Assembly (NCBI GenBank): GCA_959599635.1
Contig: CAUGJN010000001.1
Location: 8,406 to 72,405, forward strand
Length of the DNA stretch: 64,000 nucleotides
Source of the DNA: an uncultured Collinsella sp.
Lineage (GTDB): Bacteria > Actinomycetota > Coriobacteriia > Coriobacteriales > Coriobacteriaceae
Reading direction: 5' to 3'
The notes beneath the pieces are model-generated. The model searched no databases and had not been told where the DNA came from. It saw nothing but the letters and a program-made list of their open reading frames with translations. Positions 8,836 to 18,046 of this stretch are shown in pieces. A program made the translations under genes and the position numbers. Each line of letters opens with the position of its first letter. The stretch's first letter is position 1.

Positions 8836-10149
8836 CTACTTGCGGCAGTGCAGGTCGGCGCTGGTGCGGGGCTTAATCCTCGGCTCAAGAAAGCCAAGGT
8901 AGATTAGGGTGCGAATCGAGAGGTGGAACAAAAAGAGGTCCTCTCCCGATGCCAAGTCGTTACCGGTGATTTCCTTTATGCGGTTAATGCGATAGAGCAG
9001 CGTGTTTTTGTGAAGCGACAAGATCGCGGCGGTGCGCACCGTGTTACAGCTGTGCTGCATAAAGGCAAAGAGCGTCTCGACCAGCTCGGAATCGTGCGAC
9101 TGGTCATGCTTCCAAAGTGCCCAGATTGCCGGATGGCAGTAGTTTATAAGGTTGATGCGGTCGTTGCAGATGTCGAGCATTTCCATGTAGGTGTATTCGC
9201 AATAGCGATACACATGGGTGTCTTCGAGGATTTTGGTAAAGGTCGAGCCGTATCGAATGGCGGCGCGTGCCTGATTGAGGTGCGAACGCACATCGGTTGC
9301 CTGGGAAAACTCGTTGCTGATGCCAATGAACAAATTGTTCGTGGCAGCAACGCGGGCAAGGATCGCCTCATCGTTGGCGGGTAGCTGCGTGGAGGGCGGA
9401 CGGCTTACCAGCGCCACGAGCTCACCTTCGTACATGGTGATAAGGCTATGGTGCAGTAGCGGCTGCAATTGTCCTCGGATGCTCTCCGCCTCGCGCGCCT
9501 CGAGCTGGGAATCTTTTTTGAGCAGGCATACAACGTAGAGGGCGGGAAGCGGCGCAAAGCCGACGAGCTGCATTTTGCGTGTGCAGGTGATGGGGTTGGG
9601 GATTTCGTCGTCCAGGAGGCGCGAGAGAAAATATGGCCCCTGTTGCGGGCCGCCCAACGAAAGAAAGCCGCCTTTCTGCAGTTCTTGCGCGAGCAGTCGG
9701 ACAAAGAACTCAAAGACCTCGCGATCGCTATCGCCAAAGGCGTGATTGCGTTCGATCATCATCGCCCGGCCCAGACACGTGCCGTGCACCTTGATCGCAT
9801 CGGTCATGGTGTTGAGGCGGAACATGTCGTTATAGCGTGTAAGCGGGCCTGTCGAGCGGGCAATCTCCTCGTCTAAGCCGCATTTGATGATGTATCGCAC
9901 GGCTTCGTCCTGCAGCATGTCACCTTCGGAGAGCTCGGCGCGGGTGATGGCTGCAAAGGGGGAGTCGTCGTCATCGTCGAGCTCAAAGCCGCCGCGGGCG
10001 GCATAGCGGTACACGGGATCGACGACGAGCACCGGGTTGTCCATAGCGGCAGAGGCCGTTTGCGTGAGGCTCTTGAGCCCCGCGTCGCTCAAGAGCGCCT
10101 CGAGCAGCGCTTGCTTTGCGGTAGACGTATCGGTGGTACTCGGTTGCAT
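8836..10149 (-). CDS. PucR/CdaR-family transcriptional regulator
   Basis: C-terminal LVETLFAFM..CN...TAAILSLHKNTLLYRINRIKEITG; GGDEF-like GISNEF region. Confidence 0.92.
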   Translation of the reverse strand: MQPSTTDTSTAKQALLEALLSDAGLKSLTQTASAAMDNPVLVVDPVYRYAARGGFELDDDDDSPFAAITRAELSEGDMLQDEAVRYIIKCGLDEEIARSTGPLTRYNDMFRLNTMTDAIKVHGTCLGRAMMIERNHAFGDSDREVFEFFVRLLAQELQKGGFLSLGGPQQGPYFLSRLLDDEIPNPITCTRKMQLVGFAPLPALYVVCLLKKDSQLEAREAESIRGQLQPLLHHSLITMYEGELVALVSRPPSTQLPANDEAILARVAATNNLFIGISNEFSQATDVRSHLNQARAAIRYGSTFTKILEDTHVYRYCEYTYMEMLDICNDRINLINYCHPAIWALWKHDQSHDSELVETLFAFMQHSCNTVRTAAILSLHKNTLLYRINRIKEITGNDLASGEDLFLFHLSIRTLIYLGFLEPRIKPRTSADLHCRK

Positions 10150-10288
10150 GGGTGTCCCTTCTGCCGCGTCTTCGCCGTAGTCGACGCGTGACCAAATTAT
10201 TATTGCAGGCTGTGCAGTATTAGGTTGTTTAAAAAGGTGAGTGTGGCGGTCGTTTCCTCGAACGGGGTGGCGCTGTTGTTGGAGAATG

Positions 10289-10504
10289 TCTCGATCTGTA
10301 ACAGGTGGGTCCGGTTTTGGTCTGTAGTTGTTACAGATTGAGATGTTTCGGCAGGACGGTCTTCGTTTGTCTAAATCTGTAACACGAGGGACGGTTTTTA
10401 CTGAGTAACTGTTACAGATCTAGATCTTTCGGCAGGCTAGATTGGTTTGTCTCAATCTGTAACAGTTGCTCGGCAAAATAGGGCCTTACTGTTACAGATC
10501 GAGA
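10289..10504. repeat. array B of alternately inverted 15-bp motif
   Basis: Motifs at 10289(+), 10329(-), 10370(+), 10410(-), 10450(+), 10490(-); spacers 25/26/25/25/25 bp. Confidence 0.95.
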
Positions 10505-10646
10505 CAAACCACCAGCCCGCCCAGCCCCATCCACCAGCCCTCACCTGCTATCCGCCGATTTACGTTGCGCCCCCGTGCCCCTATGCCATATCCTCTAGAC
10601 AACTACGCGGCAACATCGCCGCCGCGCCTACAAGAGAGGAATATCC

Positions 10647-12677
10647 ATGACCGCACCTGCATCCAAACTGCTCCAGCCCATTACGGTTGGCCCCCTTGAG
10701 CTCAAGAACCGCATTATGTTCCCGCCGCTTACCACCGGCTACGAGGAGCGCGACGGTTCCATTGGCGAGCGCAGCCTGGCTTTTTACGAGCGCCTGGCCC
10801 GTGGCGGCGTGAGCTACATCGTCATCGGCGACGTCGCTCCCGTTATGACCGCAAGCCCCACGCCCAAGCTGGCGACCGACGCTCAGATCCCCACGTTTAA
10901 GGCGCTGGCCGACGCCGTCCACAGGCACGGTGCCAAGGTCGCGCTGCAGCTGTTCCACCCCGAGTACGACGTGCCCGGCGTCGGCCGCATGGTCATGGGT
11001 TCCATGGCCGCCGCCAAGGCCGCGCAGGAGGCCAAGGCCGCCGGCGACGAGGAGACCTTTGCCGCCAAGATGGCCGAGTCCAACGAGATCCGCAACCAGG
11101 CATACGCCAAGCTGCACCACGACATGCAGCACTTTGTGAACGAGGCCACCGTGGAGCAACTCACCCAGATCAAGGAGGCTATCGCCGCCTCGGCCGCTCG
11201 CGCACAGCAGGCCGGGATCGATGCCATCGAGGTCCACGGCGACCGCCTGGTGGGTTCGCTGTGCTCGGCCATCCTCAACAAGCGCACCGACGAGTACGGT
11301 GGCTCGTTCGAGAACCGCGTTCGCTACGCGCTCGAGGTCGTCGCCGCCATTAAGGAAGCCGCACCGCAGCTGATGGTGGAGTACAAGCTCCCCGTGATCA
11401 TGGAGAACCCCGACGGCACACCGCGCGGCAAGGGCGGCCTGCAGCCCGACGAGGCCTGCGAGTTCGCCAAGCTGCTCGAGGGCGCCGGCATCGACATGAT
11501 TCAGGTGGCGCAGGCAAACCACACCGGCAACATGGGCGACACCATTCCGCCCATGGGCGCCATGCCCTACAACTGGACGCTGCCCGTGGCAGAGCGCGTC
11601 AAGGCCCTGGTCTCCGTGCCGGTGGCAACCGTCGGCCGCGTTGTCTCGGTCGAGGCGGGCGAGAAGATCCTGGAAGACGGTTCGGCCGACATCGTCGCGT
11701 ACGGCCGCTCGCTCATGTGCGATCCCGACATTGCGCTCAAGGCCGCCACGGGCGAGCCCATCCGCGAGTGCCTCAACTGCAACAAGGGCTGCGTCGACGC
11801 GATCCAAAACCGTCAGTACATCTCGTGCGTGCTCAATGCCGAGAACGGCGACGAGGCGACCGTCGCCATTAAGCCGGGCGAGGGTGACAAGAAGATCGCC
11901 GTGGTGGGCGGCGGTATTGCCGGCCTGGAGGCCGCGCGCGTGGCGGCCAAGCGCGGCTACGACGTGACCGTCTACGAGGCGAGCGACCATCTGGGCGGCC
12001 AGATTGTGCTGGCGGCCGCGCCTCCGCGCAAGGACGAGATCATGCGCTCGGTGGAGTACTACGAGAAGATTCTGCCCGGCCTGGGCGTGAAGGTCGAGCT
12101 CAACCACGCCGCTACGGCCGAGGATCTCAACGCCGCCGACGCCGCGATTGTGGCTGTGGGCGCGCACGACGTGGTCATCCCCGTTCCGGGTGCCGACTCG
12201 GACAAGGTCGTCTCGAGCTGGGACGTGCTGGCCGGCAAGGCGGAGCTTACGGGCCGCGTCGCCGTTATCGGCGGCGGCCTGGTGGGCACCGAGACTGCCG
12301 AGTACCTGCTGCAGCACGGCTGCGAGGTGGCGATCGTCGAGATGCTCGACAAGATTGCCGCAGGCGAGTCCGAGACCATTCTGCCGCTGATCATGAGCGA
12401 CTTTGCCGCCCACAACGTGGAACAGCACGTTAAGACCCGCCTGACCGCCATTACCGACGAGGGCGTGGAGGCCGTGCACACCACCGAGGACGGTGCCGAG
12501 GAGCCGGTGAAGATCGCCTGCGATTACGTGGTGATGGCCGTGGGCTCCAAGGCCAACGCGTTTGACCTGGATGGCGTGACGGTGCCCGTGACCTGCGTGG
12601 GCGACTGCTCGGGCGAGCGCACCGCCGACATCGCGAGCGCCATTCGCACGGCGTATCATGCGGCCAACGAGCTGTAG
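10647..12677 (+). CDS. bilR: bilirubin reductase, long form (old yellow enzyme family)
   Basis: OYE TIM barrel (LKNRIMFPPLTT, NKRTDEYGGSFENR) with active-site EVHGDR instead of the usual HxxHGY; [4Fe-4S] CLNCNKGC..C; two C-terminal Rossmann motifs. Confidence 0.82.
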   Translation: MTAPASKLLQPITVGPLELKNRIMFPPLTTGYEERDGSIGERSLAFYERLARGGVSYIVIGDVAPVMTASPTPKLATDAQIPTFKALADAVHRHGAKVALQLFHPEYDVPGVGRMVMGSMAAAKAAQEAKAAGDEETFAAKMAESNEIRNQAYAKLHHDMQHFVNEATVEQLTQIKEAIAASAARAQQAGIDAIEVHGDRLVGSLCSAILNKRTDEYGGSFENRVRYALEVVAAIKEAAPQLMVEYKLPVIMENPDGTPRGKGGLQPDEACEFAKLLEGAGIDMIQVAQANHTGNMGDTIPPMGAMPYNWTLPVAERVKALVSVPVATVGRVVSVEAGEKILEDGSADIVAYGRSLMCDPDIALKAATGEPIRECLNCNKGCVDAIQNRQYISCVLNAENGDEATVAIKPGEGDKKIAVVGGGIAGLEAARVAAKRGYDVTVYEASDHLGGQIVLAAAPPRKDEIMRSVEYYEKILPGLGVKVELNHAATAEDLNAADAAIVAVGAHDVVIPVPGADSDKVVSSWDVLAGKAELTGRVAVIGGGLVGTETAEYLLQHGCEVAIVEMLDKIAAGESETILPLIMSDFAAHNVEQHVKTRLTAITDEGVEAVHTTEDGAEEPVKIACDYVVMAVGSKANAFDLDGVTVPVTCVGDCSGERTADIASAIRTAYHAANEL

Positions 12678-12752
12678 CTGAACATCGCGGCCAGGCGGGA
12701 CGGTAGCACGGATCCGTCTCGCCCGGCTGTGTCCCGTCGGGTGTCAACCGGT

Positions 12753-12790
12753 GCGGGGCCTGCAAGCGCAGCAGGCCCCGCCCTTTTTGT
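12753..12790 (+). terminator. intrinsic terminator
   Basis: gcggggcctgc-aagcgca-gcaggccccgc then a T run. Confidence 0.8.
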
Positions 12791-13117
12791 TTTGCTCCGG
12801 TGGATGGCAATGCGCGGTAATCATGAGGAGTAAGGACGTCTACTGCCTTGCCGATTACTCAAAATAATTGGGGGAGGGGTTAATAATCATATCCGCTATA
12901 GCAAAGGACATAAAGAGATGCCAATTTTGTTGACAAGCGAATGACGATTGGCTGCGAGTCAGCTACCAGCGTAAATAATCGATAAAGAAATGTCGTAAAT
13001 TGGTGCCAAATGCCCAGATAACACCGCGTCTATTTTAATTAACTGCTTTGAGCAAACAGTAAAATGCTACTATCTAACTTGCACGTAAGAAAGCAGATTA
13101 ACGGTTAAGGCTAAGAA

Positions 13118-13522
13118 GTGGCAGGTATGTCGGAAGCAACTAGGACTCGCACGCATGCGCCCGAGGTTAGGCAGCGCGCCGTCGAGGTCCTCCAAGAGGG
13201 GGTCGGTCATCGCGCCCTCGCCGCGGAGCTTGGCATTCCCCAGGCCACGGCTCGTCAGTGGGCCCGCGCGTATGCCGTGGGCGGTGCCGACGCCGTTCTC
13301 AACGCCGGTTCGCATCATCACACCTATTCGTACGAAGTTAAGCTCGCCGTGGTCAAGGACCGCTTGGAAAACGGCTTAACGGTTCGCGAGGCCATGATCA
13401 AGCACAAGATTCCCAGCGAGTCTTCGGTCAAGGCTTGGTGCCGCCAGTATCGCGAGAGCGGTGAGTCCGCGCTGGTTGATAAGCCGCGCGGTCGCAAGCC
13501 GCGCGTTAAAAAAGCGGAATAG
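13118..13522 (+). CDS. double-HTH protein resembling IS3/IS150 OrfA, without OrfB
   Basis: ALAAELGIPQATARQWARAY and YSYEVKLAVV...SSVKAWCRQYRESGESAL..KPRGR; no DDE ORF downstream. Confidence 0.8.
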   Translation: MAGMSEATRTRTHAPEVRQRAVEVLQEGVGHRALAAELGIPQATARQWARAYAVGGADAVLNAGSHHHTYSYEVKLAVVKDRLENGLTVREAMIKHKIPSESSVKAWCRQYRESGESALVDKPRGRKPRVKKAE

Positions 13523-13809
13523 CGAACGGGATGGTGCACCCACAGGGGCGCATTTTTCTTGCCGCGCCAACTTTTTGGACCGTCGTGAGCCTACTGGAAC
13601 ATCCTCCAAAGTGGTTAATAAACCGCGCGCAGTGGCCCGTGCGCCCGCCGCCGCGATAGGGGGAGCGTCGCCTCTCTGCTCCAAAGCGGACAGACTCGTT
13701 ACCCCGTACGCCTAAAACTCCCCAGTTGACCGAAAACCCGCCGCCGCTACTCCTCAACTGAGCTATAACGTTAAACAATTGCAGCGTTTTTGCATGGGGG
13801 AGTGATGGT

Positions 13810-16692
13810 ATGACGCTACTGTATTTCCTTACCCTGTTTCCGCTGGTACCGGCGCTGGGCATGCTGCTCGTGCGCGGTGACCGCGCCCGCGATGCGGTGG
13901 GGCTCATAGGCTCTGGCATCATTATGGCGGTGACGGTTGTAGTCGCCGTCATGTTTTTTGGCACGGGCCCGCAGAGCTTCGAGGTTGCCCCCGGCACCTC
14001 GCATGTGCTCTCGATCATCAGCTCCGTCATCGACGTGATCCTGTGCGCCGTCATCCTGTACAACGCGCGTAAATATAAGAGCACGCTCACCACGGTGCTC
14101 GGCGTGGTGCAGCTGGTGGGTTCGGTTGCCTTCGCTGCCATGACGCTGCCCGCGGCCGAGGTTGTCACCGCCACGCCGCTCTACCTGGATTACATGAGTG
14201 TGATCATGGTCCTCGCCGTCGGCATTGTCGGCAGCCTAATCTGCGTGTATGCCCTGGGCTACATGAAGGACTTCCAGGCCCATGACGAGCACGAGGCTGC
14301 GCTGCGCGGGCAGACGGCGCCCGACCGACGCCCGCAGTTCCTGGCGCTTATGTTCCTGTTCCTCTCGGCCATGTTCGTCATCGTGACGAGCGACAACCTT
14401 GAGTGGCTGTTCTGCGGCTGGGAAATCACCACCGTGTGCTCGTTCCTCATGATTGGCTACACGCGCACGCCCGAGGCCATCAAGAACGCCTTCACCCAGA
14501 TCATCCTCAACATGCTGGGCGGTATCGCGTTTTTGGTGGGCCTTATGTTCTTGCACGTTAACGGCATGTCGCTGACCATTTCGGGCATGATCGAGCTTTC
14601 CGGCGCCGGAACCGCGCAATCCGCGCTGCTGGTGATGCCGGTCGTTCTGCTGTCGCTCGCCGCACTCACCAAGGCCGCACAGATGCCGTTCCACACTTGG
14701 CTGTTGGGTGCCATGGTTGCCCCCACGCCCACGAGCGCCCTGCTGCACTCGTCCACCATGGTCAAAGCCGGCGTGTTCCTGATGGTCAAGCTCAGCCCGC
14801 TCTATGCCATCTATCCCGTGACCGGCTTTATGGTCACGAGCGTGGGCGCCATCACGTTTTTGCTCGCTGCCCTCATGGCCATCTCGCAGAGCAACGCCAA
14901 ACGCGTGCTTGCGTACTCCACCATTTCCAACTTGGGCCTTATCAGCGCCTGCCTAGGCGTCGGCGCGCCCGAGGCCGTGTGGGCCGCGATCTTCCTGATC
15001 CTGTTCCATACGGTGGCAAAGTCGCTGCTGTTCCTGTGCGTGGGCACGGCCGAGCATCATATCGGCAGCCGCAATATCGAGGACATGGACGGCATGTTCA
15101 GCCGCATGCCGCACCTGACGCGCCTGATGATGCTGGGCATTATGGGCATGTTCGTGGCCCCGTTTGGCATGCTCGTGTCCAAGTGGGGCGCCCTGGTGGC
15201 GTTTGCCCAGACCGGCAACGTGCTCATGATCATGGTGCTTGCCTTTGGCTCGGCCGCGACGTTCTTCTTCTGGGGCAAGTGGCTTGCCAAGCTTTCGGGC
15301 GTCGACCCCACGGCTCAAAACGTTGAGGTCAATGTCCATAAGACCGAATGGATGGCGCTCAACACCATCGCCGCGCTGCTGATTCTGTGCTGCGTGGCGT
15401 TTCCGGTTATCTCGAGCGGTCTGGTGTCGCCTTACTTGGCCATGGTGTTTGGCCGCGTGCCGTACGTTATTGGCAAGGACTCCATGTATCTGATGGTGGT
15501 TATCGTGGCGTTTATCGCCGTGGTGCTGCTGACTTCATTCCGCGTGAGCAACAAACCGCACGTAAACGTATATCTTTCGGGCGTGGGAACCGACAATTAC
15601 CGCCATTTCCGCGGCTCGATGGGACACGAGGTGAAGGCCGAAAAGCGCAATTGGTACTCGGAGGACGCCCTTGGCGAGAAGCGTATTGGCCCCGCGGGTA
15701 GCGTCGTATGCTGCAGCATTATCTTGTTTGCGCTGCTGTGTTGCGCATGGATTGGGCCCGAGCGGCTTGCCATGAGCGCGCCCTCGGTGCTGCGCGGCAA
15801 GTATTTCGAAGGTTCGGGCGTCGTGGGCATCTTTATTGGCACCGTGGCGTTTGCCTTGCTGGCGCCGCTTGCGGGCGGCTTGATCGACGGCATCGACCGC
15901 AAACTTTCGGCTCGCATGCAGGGCCGCGTGGGCCCGCGCCTGCTGCAGCCCTTCTACGACGTTGCCAAGCTGCTGCGCAAGGCCCCTGCCAGCGTAAACA
16001 CCATGGACGATACCTATATGGCGTGCGCGCTCATCTTTACCGTCGTGGGCGGCGGCATCTTTGTGTCGGGCTCCAACACGCTGCTGTGCGCTTTTATGGT
16101 GACGCTCGCCGCGATCTTTGTGGTGCTGGCGTCCGCCTCGACGCAAAGCCCGTTTGCCCAGGTCGGTGCCGACCGCGAGTTGCTGCAGGTCATGAGCTAC
16201 GAGCCCGCCGTTCTGCTGATGAGCGTGGGCCTGTACCTTGCCACCGACAGCTTTGATTCCATCGCCGTGACGGGGCAGTCGGCCCCCATCATCGTGTACA
16301 GCGCGCCCATTTTCCTGGCGCTGCTCGCGGTGCTTACCATCAAGCTGCGCAAGTCGCCGTTTGACCTTTCGTACTCGCATCACGCGCATCAGGAGATTGT
16401 CCAGGGCGTCGCCACCGAGATGAGCGGTGGCACGCTGGCCAAGATGACCCTTATGCACTGGTGCGAGACCGTGCTGTTTTTGATGTGGGTGGGCATGTTC
16501 TTTGTTTGGGACAACCCGGCGAGCTGGGTGGTCGCCCTGGTCGTTATGGCCGCGACGTATTTTGTCGAGGTGCTTATCGACAACACCTTCGCACGCAGTA
16601 CCTGGCGCAGCTGCTTTAAGCTCGGATGGGGCGTGGCGCTGGTGTTTGGCCTGCTCAACCTTATGCCCATCCTCGTCGACGTGTTTATTTAG
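13810..16692 (+). CDS. echAB: Ech hydrogenase membrane subunit, EchA-EchB fusion
   Basis: NuoL/MrpA motifs (WEITT, KAAQMPFHTWL, PTPTSALLHSSTMVKAGV, KRVLAYST) continuous with NuoH motifs (DRKLSARMQGRVGP..LQPFYD, SYEP, KSPFD). Confidence 0.9.
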   Translation: MTLLYFLTLFPLVPALGMLLVRGDRARDAVGLIGSGIIMAVTVVVAVMFFGTGPQSFEVAPGTSHVLSIISSVIDVILCAVILYNARKYKSTLTTVLGVVQLVGSVAFAAMTLPAAEVVTATPLYLDYMSVIMVLAVGIVGSLICVYALGYMKDFQAHDEHEAALRGQTAPDRRPQFLALMFLFLSAMFVIVTSDNLEWLFCGWEITTVCSFLMIGYTRTPEAIKNAFTQIILNMLGGIAFLVGLMFLHVNGMSLTISGMIELSGAGTAQSALLVMPVVLLSLAALTKAAQMPFHTWLLGAMVAPTPTSALLHSSTMVKAGVFLMVKLSPLYAIYPVTGFMVTSVGAITFLLAALMAISQSNAKRVLAYSTISNLGLISACLGVGAPEAVWAAIFLILFHTVAKSLLFLCVGTAEHHIGSRNIEDMDGMFSRMPHLTRLMMLGIMGMFVAPFGMLVSKWGALVAFAQTGNVLMIMVLAFGSAATFFFWGKWLAKLSGVDPTAQNVEVNVHKTEWMALNTIAALLILCCVAFPVISSGLVSPYLAMVFGRVPYVIGKDSMYLMVVIVAFIAVVLLTSFRVSNKPHVNVYLSGVGTDNYRHFRGSMGHEVKAEKRNWYSEDALGEKRIGPAGSVVCCSIILFALLCCAWIGPERLAMSAPSVLRGKYFEGSGVVGIFIGTVAFALLAPLAGGLIDGIDRKLSARMQGRVGPRLLQPFYDVAKLLRKAPASVNTMDDTYMACALIFTVVGGGIFVSGSNTLLCAFMVTLAAIFVVLASASTQSPFAQVGADRELLQVMSYEPAVLLMSVGLYLATDSFDSIAVTGQSAPIIVYSAPIFLALLAVLTIKLRKSPFDLSYSHHAHQEIVQGVATEMSGGTLAKMTLMHWCETVLFLMWVGMFFVWDNPASWVVALVVMAATYFVEVLIDNTFARSTWRSCFKLGWGVALVFGLLNLMPILVDVFI

Positions 16693-16704
16693 GAGGCGGC
16701 ATCC

Positions 16705-17322
16705 ATGGATCATAAAATGTCGCGCTCGCCGTGGGTTATTCATTACGACGGCTCGAGCTGCAACGGATGCGATATCGAGGTGCTGGCCTCGCTCACGCCG
16801 CTGTTCGATGCGGAGCGCTTTGGCGTGGTCAACACCGGCAACCCCAAGCATGCGGATATCTTTTTGGTGACGGGGTCGGTCAATGCCCAGAACCTGCCCG
16901 TCGTGCGCCAGATCTACAGCCAGATGCTCGAGCCCAAGTGCGTGGTGGCCTGCGGTGTCTGCGCGTGTTCGGGCGGCGTGTTCCGCGATGCCTACAACGT
17001 GATCGGCGGCGTGGACCGCGCGATTCCCGTGGACGTGTACGCGCCCGGGTGCGCCATTCGCCCCGAGACGGTGATCGATGCCATCGTGGAGGCGTGCGGC
17101 ATCCTGGACCAGAAGGAGACCGTGTTGCGCGCCGGTGGCGATCCGCTCACCGTGGGCGGTGCCGCTACCTGGGACGGTGGCGTTGAGCTGGGCGAGGACG
17201 GGTTTGTGGCTGCGGGGGCCGGGACTGACGGTGCCGGTGACGCGCCTGCCGGGAAGCCTGCTGCGCCCGCCGCTGGCGACGCACCTGCTGAGACGCCCGC
17301 CGCTGCAAAGGAGGCCGAGTAA
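16705..17322 (+). CDS. echC: Ech hydrogenase small subunit
   Basis: SCNGCDIE, NPKHADI, GVCACSGG, VDVYAPGC. Confidence 0.93.
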   Translation: MDHKMSRSPWVIHYDGSSCNGCDIEVLASLTPLFDAERFGVVNTGNPKHADIFLVTGSVNAQNLPVVRQIYSQMLEPKCVVACGVCACSGGVFRDAYNVIGGVDRAIPVDVYAPGCAIRPETVIDAIVEACGILDQKETVLRAGGDPLTVGGAATWDGGVELGEDGFVAAGAGTDGAGDAPAGKPAAPAAGDAPAETPAAAKEAE

Positions 17323-18041
17323 TGCAAAAGGCTATCTATACCACCGTCGGGATCGACAAGCTCCTGTCGCATGTCCAGGCGCTCAAGGGCGTCGGCGCGC
17401 GCTTTGTGCAAATGCATGCCGAGCGCAACGTCGACGACGGCTCGTATCGCTTGGTCTATACGTTTATCAACGTCCGTGCTGCTCAGGAGCATATTGCGCA
17501 GGACGGCAGCTATGCGATCGAGAACCTGGTGGTCGAGGGCATCGACCAGTACCAGGAGATTCCGTCCATCAGCTCGTATTACCCCGCGGTGTTCCCGTTT
17601 GAAAATGAGGCCCACGACCTGTTTGGTCTTGCCATCACCGACATGCAGATCGACTTTAAGGGCTTTTTCTACCAGGTCTCGACTGCCGAACCCATGAGCG
17701 TCATCACGCCCGAGGTGAAGGCTGCGCGCGAGAAGGCCATGAAAGTCCGCGCGGCCGCCGAGGCCAAGGCGCGCAAGGCCGCGGCCGAGAAGGCCGCCGC
17801 GGCTGCGGCTGCTGCGGGGGAGGGTGCCGCGGGTGCCGGCGATGCTGCGGGCACTGCCGCTGCTCAGCCCGCTGCTGCTGCCGGCTCCGATGCCCAGCAT
17901 GACGATGCCGCTGCGAAGGCCGCGCTCAAGGCCGCCGAGATGGAGGCAAAGCTCGCCGCCATGGATCCCGAGAAAGCGGCCAAGGTCCGTGCGGCGCTTG
18001 CCGCCAAGGCCGCCCGCGACAAGCAGAAAAAGGAGGCGTAA
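17322..18041 (+). CDS. echD: Ech hydrogenase subunit D (NuoC-like) with Ala/Lys-rich tail
   Basis: IPSISSYYPAVFPFENEAHDLFG; position in the operon. Confidence 0.88.
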   Translation: MQKAIYTTVGIDKLLSHVQALKGVGARFVQMHAERNVDDGSYRLVYTFINVRAAQEHIAQDGSYAIENLVVEGIDQYQEIPSISSYYPAVFPFENEAHDLFGLAITDMQIDFKGFFYQVSTAEPMSVITPEVKAAREKAMKVRAAAEAKARKAAAEKAAAAAAAAGEGAAGAGDAAGTAAAQPAAAAGSDAQHDDAAAKAALKAAEMEAKLAAMDPEKAAKVRAALAAKAARDKQKKEA

Positions 18042-18046
18042 GGTCC

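Noticed and set aside
10289..10504. CRISPR array interpretation of the 15-bp motif arrays
   Set aside because: Repeats alternate in orientation, are only 15 bp, have spacers related to one another, and no cas genes are present.
13461..13715. Frameshifted IS3 OrfB
   Set aside because: The A6G run is not in the OrfA frame and no downstream frame encodes a DDE/rve domain.
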